A DNA stretch of 64,000 nt from contig JBAUDS010000371.1 in the NCBI GenBank assembly GCA_049678185.1, positions 2,466 to 66,465 on the forward strand, given 5' to 3'. The number at the start of each line of letters is the position of its first letter. Positions within the stretch are counted from its first letter, which is position 1. Under the pieces are notes generated by a model. That model searched no databases. It had not been told where the DNA came from and worked only from the letters and a program-made list of their open reading frames with translations. The DNA comes from Thermoanaerobaculia bacterium (GTDB lineage: Bacteria > Acidobacteriota > Thermoanaerobaculia > Multivoradales > JAHEKO01). A program made the position numbers and the translations under genes. Shown piece after piece: positions 10,209 through 21,109 of the stretch.

Positions 10209-12634
10209 ATGGTGATGCGGACCTTTGGAGCCACTTTTCTGCTTGCCTCAATCGGGATCCTCTGTCACGGGTCCTCGGTTCCGATCTCGGCGGCCGAGCT
10301 TCCGGTCGTCAACGTCGGCATGGTCATCGATGGCCCGTGGGAAGGGAACCCATACGTCACCGAGATCACCCGCAATGAGATTGTCACTCTGACCGCGGGC
10401 GAGTTCGACATCCGCTTTCCCGACGACTACAACATCGAAAGCGACTGGACTCTCGAAGGGGCCATCGAAAACTTGAATCGGCTGCTGAAGAACCCCGGCG
10501 TCGACGTGGTCATTGCCTGGGGTGTCCTCGCCTCTCATGCGGTCGCCCGGATGGCCGAGCTCCCGAAACCGGTGATCGCACCAGTGATCCTCGATGTGGC
10601 GCTGCAGAGTGTCCCCTACCGGGACGGTGTCAGTGGGATGCACAATCTCAATTACGTAGCATTTCCCGACACCCTGGCAGACGATCTCCGGCGGTTCCAG
10701 AGGGTCGTCCCCTTCCAGAAGGTGACCATAATCTCGACCCGGCCGTTTCTCGAGGCCATCCCGGAGTTGTATGCCCAGACCGAGCGCTCTTTGGCGGGTC
10801 TCGACATCGACTTCGAGTACGTAGCAGTCGGATTCGACGTCGACGAGGCCCTGGAGGCCATCCCTGCCGATAGCGACGCCGTATTCATGTATCCCCAGTT
10901 CCAGCTCTCTCCAGAAGAGCGCTCTCGACTCATCGACGGGTTTATCGAGCGCCGACTCCCGAGCTTTACCGCCCTCGGTGGGCAGTTCGTCGAAGATGGC
11001 GTGCTGGCTGGTTTTGGGGCGGCTGACTTCTTCCCGCGAACTGCCCGTCGGATTGCGCTCAATTTGCAGAGGATCCTCCTCGGCGAAGAGGCCGGCTCGA
11101 TTCCGGTCGCGATCAGCCTGCGCGAAGAGCTGATCATCAACATGAAAACCGCTCGCGCCATAGGGGTCTCCCCCACCTACGAGGCGCTACTCGAGGCCAA
11201 GGTGCTCCACCCCTATGCGGTCGACGAGGTCCGCACCTTGACGCTGTCCGAGGCGGTCCATGAGGCGATCGCCGTCAATTTGGATCTGCTGGCTCGCGAG
11301 CGCTCGGTCGCCGCCGGGCAGGAGGACGTGCGGCGCGCAAGCTCGATCTTCTGGCCCCAGGTGGATATCGGTGCTCTGGGTCTGGTCATCGACGAGGATC
11401 GAGCCATCGCCAGCTTCGGCTCACAGCCGGAGCGCTCGCTGACCGGTTCGGTAGGTCTCACCCAGCTCCTCTTCTCGGACGATGCCCTGGCCAACAAATC
11501 GATTCAGACGAGCCTCCAGACCGGTCGGGAGTGGGACTTCGAAGTCCTGCGCCTGGACATCGCGGTCGAGGCGGGAGTCACCTATCTGAATCTGTTGCGG
11601 GCGCAGAGCCTGGAACAGGTCCAGCGCAACAACGTGGCACTCACCCGTTCCAATCTCGAGCTGGCAGAGGTGCGCCGGTCGATCGGCGCCGCCAATCCGG
11701 CGGAGGTCTTCCGCTGGGAGAGCCAGATCGCCACCGACCGCAAGGCCTTGGTGGAGGCAGAGGCCAGCGTTCAAGTGGCACAGATCGCCGTCAATCGGAT
11801 CCTCGATCGTCCCTTGGAAGAGCGTTTCCAGACCGAAGAGGTGGATCTCGAGAAGCCTTGGCGAGTCACCGGGGACCCACGCATCGGCGGCTACATTGAG
11901 ACACCAGCCCGTTTCCGGGCCTTTCAGGATTTCGCGGTCGAGGAGGGAATCGCAAACGCTCCGGAGCTCGAGATTCTGGCAGCGGCCCTCGCGGCTCGGG
12001 AGAGATCCCTGACCAACGCCAAACGCGCCTACTGGGCGCCGCTGATCGCCGCCGAGGCGTCGCTGGACGAGTTCCTATCGAAGAGCGGGGAAGGCACCGA
12101 GCCTCCAGGGCTGCCGGGTGGCGGTCTTTTCCCCACCCCGGACGACACCCTCTGGAGCGTCGGGCTGAGCGCCTCCCTGCCCCTTTTCACCGGTTTTGGG
12201 CCCGCAAGGCCGATCGGATCCAGGCAGAAGAAGGACTCGAGCGGTTACGGCTGGACTACGACGCCACCGCACAACGGATAGAGCAGCGGATCCGCTCGGG
12301 TATGGAGGTGGCTCGGGCCTCCCTAACGGGCATTGGACTGGCTCGCCAGGCTGCCGATGCCGCGGCCAAGAATCTGGAGCTGGTCACCGATGCCTACGCC
12401 CGTGGTGCGGTCTCCATCATCGATCTGCTGGACGCTCAGAACGCCGGTCTCAATGCCGAAGAGCTCGCGACAAATGCGACCTACGACTATCTCGTCGATC
12501 TGCTCGAAGTCGAGAGAGCCATCAGTAGTATCGAGCTCCTGGGCACGCCGGAGACGAGCGCGGCGTTCTTCGTGCGTCTGGAGAAGTATTTCCGGGAGCG
12601 AGGGCTTTCGCCCACGGAAGAACCGTCGGATTAA
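10209..12634 (+). pseudogene. Outer-membrane efflux protein (TolC-like OEP) carrying an N-terminal periplasmic ABC-substrate-binding-like domain (PF04392-like). Reading frame is broken by a 1-nt frameshift near 12190-12200.
   Basis: N-terminal ~330 aa resemble the ABC_sub_bind family (VVIAWGVLASHAV..., LIINMKTARAIGVSP). The C-terminal half is two TolC-like repeats. The frame 0 ORF ends at 12281 and the conserved OEP C-terminus (ARKADRIQAEEGLERLRLDYDAT...AYARGAVSIIDLLDAQ) continues in frame 2 through 12634. The shift sits at a TTTTGGG homopolymer. Confidence 0.7.
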
Positions 12635-12636
12635 GG

Positions 12637-13767
12637 ATGGCAGGGGAGGAACCGCGCATGAGAATCCTTGAGCCCAGAGGTCTGCTGATTGTTTCCCTGG
12701 CGATAACCGGCTTTCTTGCCTGCGGCCGCGAGATTCCCGAGGCCGAGCCGGTCCTGCGTCCGGTCCGCTACCAACGGGTGACGGAGGGGGGGCTCGATAC
12801 CATCCGCACCCTCGTCGGAGTGGCCAAGGCCGGAGTCGAGGCCGATTTGAGCTTTCGGGTCGGGGGCTCGGTCAGAGAGGTCAAGGTCGACCTCGGCGAT
12901 GCTGTGCGCAAGGGGGATGTGCTGGCCCGACTCGATGCCGTCGACTACGAGCTCCAGGTGGAGGAGGCCGAGGCCGGTCTGGCACAGGCCGGCGCCGCGC
13001 TCCGTAAGTCCGAGGCCGACTTCGATCGTACGCGCGCCCTTTATGAGAACAACAACGCCGCCAAGAGCGAACTGGACGCGGCCCGGGCCGCCGCCGAGTC
13101 GGCCCGGTCGCAGGTCGATGCCGCCAGCAAGCGGCTGGAGCTCGCCCGTCAGCAGCTGGCCTACACCGTGCTGCGGGCACCCACCGACGGGGCCATTGCC
13201 CTGACGGACATCGAGATCAACGAGAATGTCAAGGCTGGAGATCCGGTTTTCATGATGACCTCGGGATCGCTGGCCGAGGTGGAGTTCGCGGTACCGGAGA
13301 TCATGATCGCCGAAATCGAAGTCGGCTTCCCGGTGGCGGTTGCGCTCGATGCCCTACCCGGTCGGGAATTCCCAGCCGAGATCACCGAGGTCGGGGTCGC
13401 GGTCACCGGTGCCTCGGCCACCTTTGCGGCGACTGCCCGACTGTTGGAGGAGGTATCGGAGGTCAAGTCCGGCATGGCGGCCGAGGTGATCTTCCGCGTC
13501 GAAAGTGAGGACTCGGAAGGTAGCCTGACGGTGCCCTGGGTGGCGGTAGGTGAGGATCGGGATGGCCGCTTCGTCTTCGTGCTGCAGCCGGAGAGTGAGG
13601 GTGTCGGCACGGTACATCGGCAAACAGTTACCGTCGGCGCCTTCGGCCAGAGTATCGAGATCCTCGATGGCCTCGAGGCGGGCGACCTGGTGGTAACCGC
13701 CGGCACGCGGCGGCTTACCGATGGCATGCGCGTCAAGCTCGAAATCGAGACCGGAGGGGGCACGTGA
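12637..13767 (+). CDS. RND efflux periplasmic adaptor (membrane fusion protein, lipoprotein, LACG lipobox)
   Basis: AcrA/MdtA-like coiled-coil and beta-barrel architecture. Coupled to the downstream RND pump (overlap 13764-13767). Confidence 0.85.
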   Translation: MAGEEPRMRILEPRGLLIVSLAITGFLACGREIPEAEPVLRPVRYQRVTEGGLDTIRTLVGVAKAGVEADLSFRVGGSVREVKVDLGDAVRKGDVLARLDAVDYELQVEEAEAGLAQAGAALRKSEADFDRTRALYENNNAAKSELDAARAAAESARSQVDAASKRLELARQQLAYTVLRAPTDGAIALTDIEINENVKAGDPVFMMTSGSLAEVEFAVPEIMIAEIEVGFPVAVALDALPGREFPAEITEVGVAVTGASATFAATARLLEEVSEVKSGMAAEVIFRVESEDSEGSLTVPWVAVGEDRDGRFVFVLQPESEGVGTVHRQTVTVGAFGQSIEILDGLEAGDLVVTAGTRRLTDGMRVKLEIETGGGT

Positions 13768-16700
13768 ACCTCACCCGGCTGGCCATCGACAACAACCGGG
13801 TGACGACGGTCCTGCTCCTGGTCCTGATCATCGCCGGCCTTGCAGCCTGGTCCAAGATGCCCCAATCGGAGGATCCGGGATTCACCATACGCATCGCCAT
13901 GGTGATCACCTACTTTCCGGGGGCGAGTCCCGAACGGGTCGAGCAGCTGGTCACCGACAAGCTGGAGAAGGCCATCCAGGAGATGCCGGAGCTCGACTTC
14001 GTGCAGAGCGACTCGAAGCCCGGGGTATCGGTCATCTTCGTCACCATCAAGCAGCGCTACAAGGAGATGCGACCGATCTGGGACAACCTCCGTCGCAAGG
14101 TGGAGCGCGCTCGATCCGAGCTTCCGGATGGGATCATCGGGCCGATCGTCAACGACGAGTTCGGTGACGTCTTCGGCACCATCGTCAACCTCACCGGCGA
14201 CGGATACTCCTATGCGGAGCTCAAAGAGGTAGCCGACGAGGTCCGCGACGAGCTACTTCTCATCCCCGACGTCGCCAAGGTCGAGATCTACGGTGCCCAG
14301 GAGGAGCGGATCTTTGTCGAGTACAACAACGCCCGCCTGGCCGATCTGGGACTCTCCCCGCTCCAGCTCCGCGGCATCCTCGGGTCCCGCAACATCATCA
14401 ATCCGGGAGGCGAGGTGCGGACCGAGGACGAAGAGATCGTCCTCGAGCCCACCGGCAGCTTCGAGTCGGTACAGGATCTGAGGCGAACCCTGATCAGCAT
14501 ACCGGGAAGCGACGAGCTTCTCTATCTCGAGGACGTGGCCACGATCCGCCGGGGCTATGTCGACCCACCCTAGACCAAGATGCGCGCCACCGGCGAGCCG
14601 GGACTGGCGCTGGCGATTTCGCTGCGCGAGGGGGGAAACATCCTCACCCTGGGCGAGGAGGTCCGGGAGACCATCGCGCGGTTCCAGGCCAGTTATCCGA
14701 TCGGGATCGAGTTCGACTTCTCCGCCTTTCAAGCCGATGCCGTCAGAAAAAAGGTCGACGACTTTGTCGGCAACCTGATGCAGGCAATTCTGATCGTTCT
14801 GGTGGTGATGCTGGTGATTTTGGGAGTGCGGACCGGTCTGGTCGTGGCAACTCTGATCCCCATGGCCATCATCTCGGCCTTGTTCTTCATGTCGGTCTTC
14901 GACGTGGGGATCAACCAGATGTCGTTGGCGGCGTTGATCATTTCGCTGGGGCTGCTGGTGGACAACGCCATCGTCATGTCCGAGTCGATCATGGTCCAGA
15001 TGACCGAAGGCAAGCCCGCCGTGGAGGCGGCAGTCGACTCGGCGGCGGAGCTCCGTATGCCGCTGCTCACTTCATCGCTGACGACCATCGCAGCCTTTCT
15101 CCCGTTCTATCTGGCCAAGTCGGACACCGGTGAGTACGTGGCGCCCCTCTTTCAGGTGGTGACCATCACCCTGCTTTGTTCCTGGGTCCTCTCTCTCACC
15201 ATGATTCCCTTGCTCTGTGTGCTGTTCCTCAGGGTGAAGAAGGCCAAGCAAGAGGGCTTTGACACGCCTTTTTATCGGATGTACCGCAGGCTGCTGATGG
15301 CCGGACTGAGGCGCCGCTGGCTCACGGTCGCCGTGGTGGTCGTCATCTTCCTGGGCGTGATGCAGCTCGCCGGCTTGGTGCCGCAGATCTTCTTTCCGCC
15401 CAACGATCGTCCTACGCTGATGGTGGAGCTCTTCCTGCCCACCGGGACACCGCTGGCCAGAACCGAGCAGGTGGTACAGGAAGTGGAGGAGTTCATGGTG
15501 GAGAATCTCCTGCTCACAGCCGAGGAGACCGAAGAGGGCCGTGAAGGGGTCGTCAACTGGGCCGGCTACATTGGCGAAGGAGCGCCGCGGTTCATCCTCT
15601 CCTACGGCCCCGAGCAGGCGAGCCCCGAATACGCCATCCTGCTGGTCAATGCGACTTCCAGGGATTTTGTCGACGTGGCGATTGCCCGGCTGCGGGAGTT
15701 CTGCTCCCGATTCCCCGATCTCAAAGCCAAGATCGACCCCCTACCTCTTGGCCCACCCGCCGACAATCCGATCGAGGTCCGCATCTCGGGCCGCGAGCCG
15801 GACGAGGTCTTCCAGCTCGTAGACCGCGTCAAGGAGAAGCTGCTCCAGACTCCCGGTACCCGGGGTGTCGTCGACGACTGGGGTGCCCGCTCCAAGAAGC
15901 TCCTGATCCGCATCAACGAGGCGCGGGCCCAGCGGGCCGGAGTCTCCAACCAGGATGTCGCCATTTCGCTCCAGACCATTTTCTCGGGCTTTGACACCAC
16001 CGAGTACCGGGAAGGCGACAAGATCATCCCGGTGACCCTGCGCTCGGAACAGGCCAACCAGGTCGGGGCGATGGGCCGTGAATCGATCGCCCAACTCGGC
16101 AGCGTCAACGTCTTCTCCCAGGCCACCGGTGCCTCGGTACCCGCCGCCCAGGTGGTGGATGCCGAGCTGGTCTGGCAACCCGCCAAGATCTTGCGGCGCA
16201 ATCGGCTCAAGACGGTGACGGTGGAGTCGGATCTCGAGCCGGGCTACACCGCCGTCGAGATCAACCGGAGTGTGACGCCCTGGCTCGAAGAGGAGAGCAA
16301 GAGCTGGCCGCTGGGCTACTCCTGGGAGCTGGGGGGCGAAGAGGAGGAGGCGGCCAAGGCCAACGCCTCGATCGTGGAACAGCTACCTCTGGCCAGCCTG
16401 GTGATACTTCTTCTTCTCGTAACACAATTCAACTCGATCCGGCGGCCGCTCATCATCCTTATCACCATCCCTCTCGGTCTCATCGGCGTCGTCATTGGCC
16501 TGCTCGTCATGCGCTCCTACTTCGGCTTCATGACTTTTCTTGGAGTGATCTCCTTGGCCGGTATCGTCATCAACAACGCCATCGTGCTGTTGGACCGGAT
16601 CAAGATCGAAATCGAGCAGCATGGCCTGACGCCACAGTTCGCCATTTTGGAGGCCTCCCAGCGGCGGTTGCGACCGATCCTGTTGACCACGGTCACCACC

Positions 16701-16865
16701 CTGGGCGGACTGCTTCCCCTTTATCTCGGTGGGGGACCCATGTACCAACCGATGGCTGTAGCCATCATGTTCGGCCTGATCTTCTCCACCGTACTCACCC
16801 TCGGGGTGGTGCCGGTCCTCTACTCCCTCTTCTTCAAAGTGAGCTACAAGGATTTTCTCGTTTGA
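13764..16865 (+). pseudogene. RND (HAE1/AcrB-like) efflux pump, about 1030 aa, interrupted by an in-frame TAG at 14571-14573
   Basis: ORFs 13764..14573 and 14580..16865 are in the same frame and together align collinearly with AcrB (N-terminal TM1 and porter domain, ...RRGYVDPP*TKMRATGEPGLALAIS...). Only a single TAG codon separates them. Confidence 0.7.
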
Positions 16866-16895
16866 GTCCTTTGGGACTCTCGGCTGATCACTCCG

Positions 16896-16970
16896 GTTGA
16901 GGGCCAAAAAGCACCCTACACCGAAGTCCACAGCTTGGGCCTCGAAAGGCGAATCCCTATTCGATCCGCC
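16896..16970. repeat. Copy A of an approximately 75 bp imperfect direct repeat, about 80% identical to copy B
   Basis: ttgagggccaaaaagcaccctacaccgaagtccacagcttgggcctcgaaaggcgaatccctattcgatcc compared with the sequence at 21369. Confidence 0.7.
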
Positions 16971-17020
16971 ACCGCTGCTATTCTTCAGTCGAGGCCTGTG
17001 GCGAGATGAGGAGGTGCGAG

Positions 17021-17620
17021 ATGTTCGAGAGGATCCTGTTGGGTGTGGGGCGTCGAATGGTGCCGGTTCCCGAGTGTCTATTTCGGACGATGGTCCAGCG
17101 CGATGCGAGGAGGCTCGCCAAAAGGCCGGCCCTCGAGCCCGACGAAAGGCGCGTCCAGCACTTTGCGGTTACGGAGATCCCTCGCCGTCGCGAGGCGATC
17201 ACGCCTGAGGTTTTCGCCGCTGAGCTCGACCTGCCTCCTGATCAGGTGAGCCTGATCCTCGACAAGCTCGAACGGCGCCTGACCTTCCTCTGCCGCAGGG
17301 GAGGGGAGGACGTGGTCTGGGCCTACCCGGTGACAGCCGAGGAAACGCCTCACCAGGTCCGGATGGACGGAGGTGAAGCGTTCTCGGCCGCTTGAGCGGC
17401 CGACGCCGTGGCGACGCCCTTCGTGCAAGGGCAACTGTTGGACAAGGACCTGAGCTGCACAGTCGAGACCGAGTGCGCGATCAGCGGACGGTCCATCGTC
17501 TTCGAGCTCGAGAGTGACCTCGGCTATCGTGTCCGTCCTCCCGCCGAAAAGCCGGTGTTCTTCATTCCCATGATCGACCTACCCAACCTGGACGCGCCGT
17601 GCATCGTCGATGACTTCTGA
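17021..17620 (+). CDS. MerB-like (organomercurial lyase family) protein with an in-frame TGA at 17393-17395 at the position of catalytic Cys96. Candidate selenoprotein, about 199 aa with read-through.
   Basis: ORFs 17006..17395 and 17408..17620 share a frame and are separated only by TGA plus four sense codons. The collinear alignment to MerB places Sec, Asp and Cys at the MerB positions C96, D99 and C117. Start ATG at 17021 has AGGAGG 8 nt upstream. Confidence 0.55.
17393..17395 (+). other. In-frame UGA, putative selenocysteine recoding site
   Basis: Aligned with catalytic Cys96 of MerB. A GC-rich hairpin (cgacgcc-gu-ggcgacg) starts about 6 nt downstream. Confidence 0.45.
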
Positions 17621-17865
17621 ATGAAGAGTGTCTTCTTCTGGTCAGAAGAAGAGGCCCGCACACATCGCCGAGAGAACCCGGAGCCGAAAGGCATCTACCT
17701 CACCCTGCGGCAAGGTGCCATCGTGACCAAACCGATTCAGAGCGTCCTCTTCGGCTTTGCCCAATAGCATTGGTGCGTTGCTGAAGGGGTGTCAGAGGAT
17801 TCTCGGTCAGAGCGGAGCGTCAACTTGGTACACTTCCTCGACTTCCAGTTCAGTGCGAAGGAGCG

Positions 17866-19752
17866 ATGATGGTTGGACCTGCCCCTATGGGCTTTCTATG
17901 GCGGATGGTGGTCGGCGCCTTGCTTGCGCTTTGCCTCTGTTCTTCACCAGCTGCGCAACTGTTGTCAGCAGGGACGGGGGCACCGTCTGCCGAACGGGTT
18001 GCTATACGCCGTGTCGGAACAGTCGGCCAATACGTGGGTCTTTTTGGTTCATCCGTTTCGCCCGATGGCCGATACCTCGTTTTCACGGACTGGACGACTG
18101 GTGATCTGGCCGTCCGGGATCTCGTAACTGACGAGAATCGCCGCGTGACCAACAAAGGCCCTTTTCACAAGGTCGTTGAATGGGTGGAGTTCTTCATGCG
18201 GTTCTCCGGCGACGGGAAGCAGCTCGCGTACATCTGGGACAAGAACGGCTACGAGCTACGGGCCATCAACGTGGACGGCTCTGGCTCGCGCTTCATCTAT
18301 CGCGATGAACCCGAGCAAGGGGAGATGCTTCGCGCCTTCGACTGGTCCGCCGACGGGAAGTACGTTGCCGCCGTCGTCCCCAGGCCAGGTAGCCCGACAA
18401 CGGACAGCACACTTCAGATTGCGCTCGTTCACGTAGCTGATGGCTCGGTGCAGGGGTTGAAAGCCTTGAGCGGGCCGGTGCCGGATGAACAGAGAATGAG
18501 CTTCTCGCCGGATGGCCGCTTTTTGGCGTACGACTTCCCGGTGAATGGAAAGCTACAGAAGCGGGACATTTTCGTACTTCCTCTCGATGGCGGCGAGGAG
18601 ATATCTGGGGTTGCGCATCCGGGGAACGACCGTCTGCTCGACTGGACCCCGGATGGAAGCGCGCTTCTGTTTACCAGCGATCGGGCGGGTGCGCCCGATG
18701 CGTGGCTCCAGCCACTCGAGGACGGGAAACCGCAAGGCGTGGCTCAGAGAGTGAGGGGCAACCTGAGAGAAGACATCCGGCCGCTGGGGTTTGCGCGCAA
18801 CGGAGACTACTACTACGCCACTTCGGAGACTGGTCAACTCGAGGTCTATGCCGCGTCTCTGGACCTGGAAAAGAGCCTCGTGACGGAGTCGCCTGCACCA
18901 GTTCCACAGATTGCCAGTTCGAATCAGGGCCCCGATTGGTCCCCGGACGGAAAGTCTCTCGCCTACATCCGCAACGGCAACAGCATCGTCATCCGTCAAC
19001 TTGAGACCGGCATGGAGCGCTCCCTCACCCCAAAGGCACTGCAGAACATCTTCACGGTGGGATGGGGCGAACGCTATCTCCGCTGGTCACCGAACGGCCG
19101 GCACTTGCTCGCTCCGCAAAATCGAACCTTGTTTCTTGTCGACGTGAAGAGCGGCGAAGCTACTCCGGTGGTCACCGACAGGCGTTCGCGCTACGGGCGG
19201 TGGTCTCGGGACGGCGAGGAGGTCTTCTACGCGCGACAACTCGGACTGAACGATGCGACGGTCCAAATCGTGCGGTTGAATCTTGAGACGCAACAGAAAG
19301 AAGTGCTCTACACTTCCGAACTACCCGGCGAGAATCTCAACAGCCTCGAGGTTTCCCCAGACGGCCGGTGGCTGGCTTTCTCCGACGTGGCGCTGAACAA
19401 GACCACTGGCGACGACGAGACTGTCCTGATGGTGATGCCGGTGGACGGCGGCCGGCCGCGGTTGCTGCTCGAGGTACCAGTCTCGGAAACGGTAAAAGTG
19501 GTGGGCTGGACTCCGAACACACAGGAGATCCTGTTTGCACGGGATCCGAAGTTGGCAGCGAAGCCCTCGACCACGCTGTGGCGAATTGGGAACGACGGCG
19601 GAGAACCACGAAAGCTCGAACTGGGGTTAAACGTGCTGGGCAGCATTCGTTTCCATCCCGACGGCCGGCGCGTGGCTTTTGACTCAGGACAGCGTGGTGC
19701 TGAGATCTGGGTCATGGAAGATGTCCTGTCGCTTCTCAAAGCATCCGAGTGA
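17866..19752 (+). CDS. Secreted TolB-like / PD40 WD40-like beta-propeller repeat protein, 628 aa
   Basis: Repeated SPDG-type motifs (SPDGRYLVF, SADGKYVA, SPDGRFLAY, SPDGKSLAY, SPNGRHL, SPDGRWLAF, HPDGRRVAF). Signal peptide. Confidence 0.7.
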   Translation: MMVGPAPMGFLWRMVVGALLALCLCSSPAAQLLSAGTGAPSAERVAIRRVGTVGQYVGLFGSSVSPDGRYLVFTDWTTGDLAVRDLVTDENRRVTNKGPFHKVVEWVEFFMRFSGDGKQLAYIWDKNGYELRAINVDGSGSRFIYRDEPEQGEMLRAFDWSADGKYVAAVVPRPGSPTTDSTLQIALVHVADGSVQGLKALSGPVPDEQRMSFSPDGRFLAYDFPVNGKLQKRDIFVLPLDGGEEISGVAHPGNDRLLDWTPDGSALLFTSDRAGAPDAWLQPLEDGKPQGVAQRVRGNLREDIRPLGFARNGDYYYATSETGQLEVYAASLDLEKSLVTESPAPVPQIASSNQGPDWSPDGKSLAYIRNGNSIVIRQLETGMERSLTPKALQNIFTVGWGERYLRWSPNGRHLLAPQNRTLFLVDVKSGEATPVVTDRRSRYGRWSRDGEEVFYARQLGLNDATVQIVRLNLETQQKEVLYTSELPGENLNSLEVSPDGRWLAFSDVALNKTTGDDETVLMVMPVDGGRPRLLLEVPVSETVKVVGWTPNTQEILFARDPKLAAKPSTTLWRIGNDGGEPRKLELGLNVLGSIRFHPDGRRVAFDSGQRGAEIWVMEDVLSLLKASE

Positions 19753-19967
19753 CTTCCATCAGGCTCCGTTCGCTTTCCGCATCGCAAGTGGACAATCAGT
19801 ACCTCATCCCGGTAATGACCCGGTAAGCACGGCCTCTCAAACTGCAACAAACTCGGGGCAAGCTATCGCCACTGATCCTGAGTCAGTGGGTCGGCCCACT
19901 GAGAGACATCGGTCGCAGCTGCCCGCCAGCCAGGGGAACACGACAGTAGGTGCGGTCGAATCGACGG

Positions 19968-20098
19968 CCGTGCACCGATTACCCTGGGCGGGTTGTTACC
20001 CCTCTATTTCGGTGGGGGACCCATGTACCAACCGATGGCTGTAGCCATCATGTTCGGCCCGATCTTCTCCACCGCGCTCACCCTCGGGGTGCTACGAA
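19968..20098 (+). repeat. Roughly 130 bp duplicated fragment of the 3' end of the RND pump gene (about 93% identical to 16690-16815)
   Basis: Translates in frame as LGGLLPLYFGGGPMYQPMAVAIMFGPIFSTALTLGV, matching the RND C-terminus LGGLLPLYLGGGPMYQPMAVAIMFGLIFSTVLTLGV. No start codon. Confidence 0.8.
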
Positions 20099-20416
20099 GT
20101 GGATCCGCTCTTGTGACGGCGTGAGCTTTCCTTTCCTGGCATCCACTCCACCGCCCAAGGTGCCCAATCCCGCTGCCTCAGGCCGAGGCCAAGAAAAGCG
20201 GATTCCTACACGGCCATTGCCCCATTACCTGACCGACGCTCTGGCCGGTCTGGCGGTCTCTGCCTCCGGTCTGGCAGTTCTTTTCCTCGGGCTCCAGCTC
20301 GAAATCTTGAAACAGATCCGAATCTGGAGCCATGTCGTATCCTCCAGCATATTCACGCGTTGAACCTGGTCCGGCCGCAAGAGCTGGGTCACAAGATTGA
20401 AGAAAGGAGCCAGTAA

Positions 20417-21109
20417 ATGAGCAGAGGAATTGTATTCGGTGTAGCTATGGCCGTGTTGGCACTTGCGGTGCCGGCACAGGCCGATATCGCAGTGAAATTT
20501 GTCGGTGAGCTGACAGCAGGTAATCTAAGCCCAGAAATATCGGCGGCTGTGACCGACTTCTTTAGCAGCAATCCACAAAACCAGGCAGATTTCGCTTGCT
20601 ATGAGGGTGATCTGGTACACCTCGAGACGCGAAACGTCGTCGGGGTTGGCGTAGACTGCCTTCGACCCTCGACGCTGGTGGACACCACCTCTGGAATTCC
20701 GACACCAGTTATCACTCAACCCAACTTCAATACCCTTCCGCTGGTCAACACAGCAAACGTAAGTGTGGCGATCGAGGCGGTGACATTCTTCTTCTTCCCA
20801 GGTGGCCACATTGTGACTACCGGCTTCACCACAGTGCGACCGTTCTTCGTTGATGTAGGCGACGGTGACGGTACCACGGTCGAAACCACTGTGACCCATA
20901 TGACCGGCTCGTTTCCCGGCGCCGGCCCGACCGTGATCGAGGCCAGTGGGAGGTTTTCCAATTTGGAGGACACAGCCAGAGTTCGCCTGTCCGGCACAGT
21001 CGATCTGTCCCAATTTGCGCCGCCAGGCAGTACGCGAATCTTCTTCAGTTGCCTGTTCGTTATCGAGAATGGCAAGGGAAAGGGCCAGGGAGGCCCAGCC
21101 AACAACTAG
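20417..21109 (+). CDS. Hypothetical secreted protein, 230 aa, in a lower-GC (about 53%) segment
   Basis: Signal peptide MSRGIVFGVAMAVLALAVPAQA. Composition distinct from flanking DNA. Confidence 0.5.
   Translation: MSRGIVFGVAMAVLALAVPAQADIAVKFVGELTAGNLSPEISAAVTDFFSSNPQNQADFACYEGDLVHLETRNVVGVGVDCLRPSTLVDTTSGIPTPVITQPNFNTLPLVNTANVSVAIEAVTFFFFPGGHIVTTGFTTVRPFFVDVGDGDGTTVETTVTHMTGSFPGAGPTVIEASGRFSNLEDTARVRLSGTVDLSQFAPPGSTRIFFSCLFVIENGKGKGQGGPANN

Noticed and set aside
14571-14573. In-frame TAG in the RND pump read as pyrrolysine or other recoding
   Set aside because: Pyrrolysine systems are restricted to a few lineages, and the position is not conserved or functional in AcrB homologues. A nonsense mutation or a sequencing error is far more likely.
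16930-16970. tRNA-like T-arm (ggcgaatccctattcgatccgcc) inside repeat A, as a possible tRNA or tmRNA fragment and integration site
   Set aside because: Only a short hairpin, with no acceptor or anticodon arms, and copy B lacks the same structure.
17393-17460. Definitive SECIS calls for the two UGA sites
   Set aside because: GC-rich hairpins exist downstream of both sites, but the sequence is 64% GC and small stems are common. This cannot be confirmed by eye.
17621-17660. Intrinsic terminator after the MerB-like gene (tcttcttctg-gt-cagaagaaga)
   Set aside because: A perfect 10 bp inverted repeat, but there is no downstream U-tract and the loop is very small. It could still be a protein-binding palindrome, so it is left unannotated.
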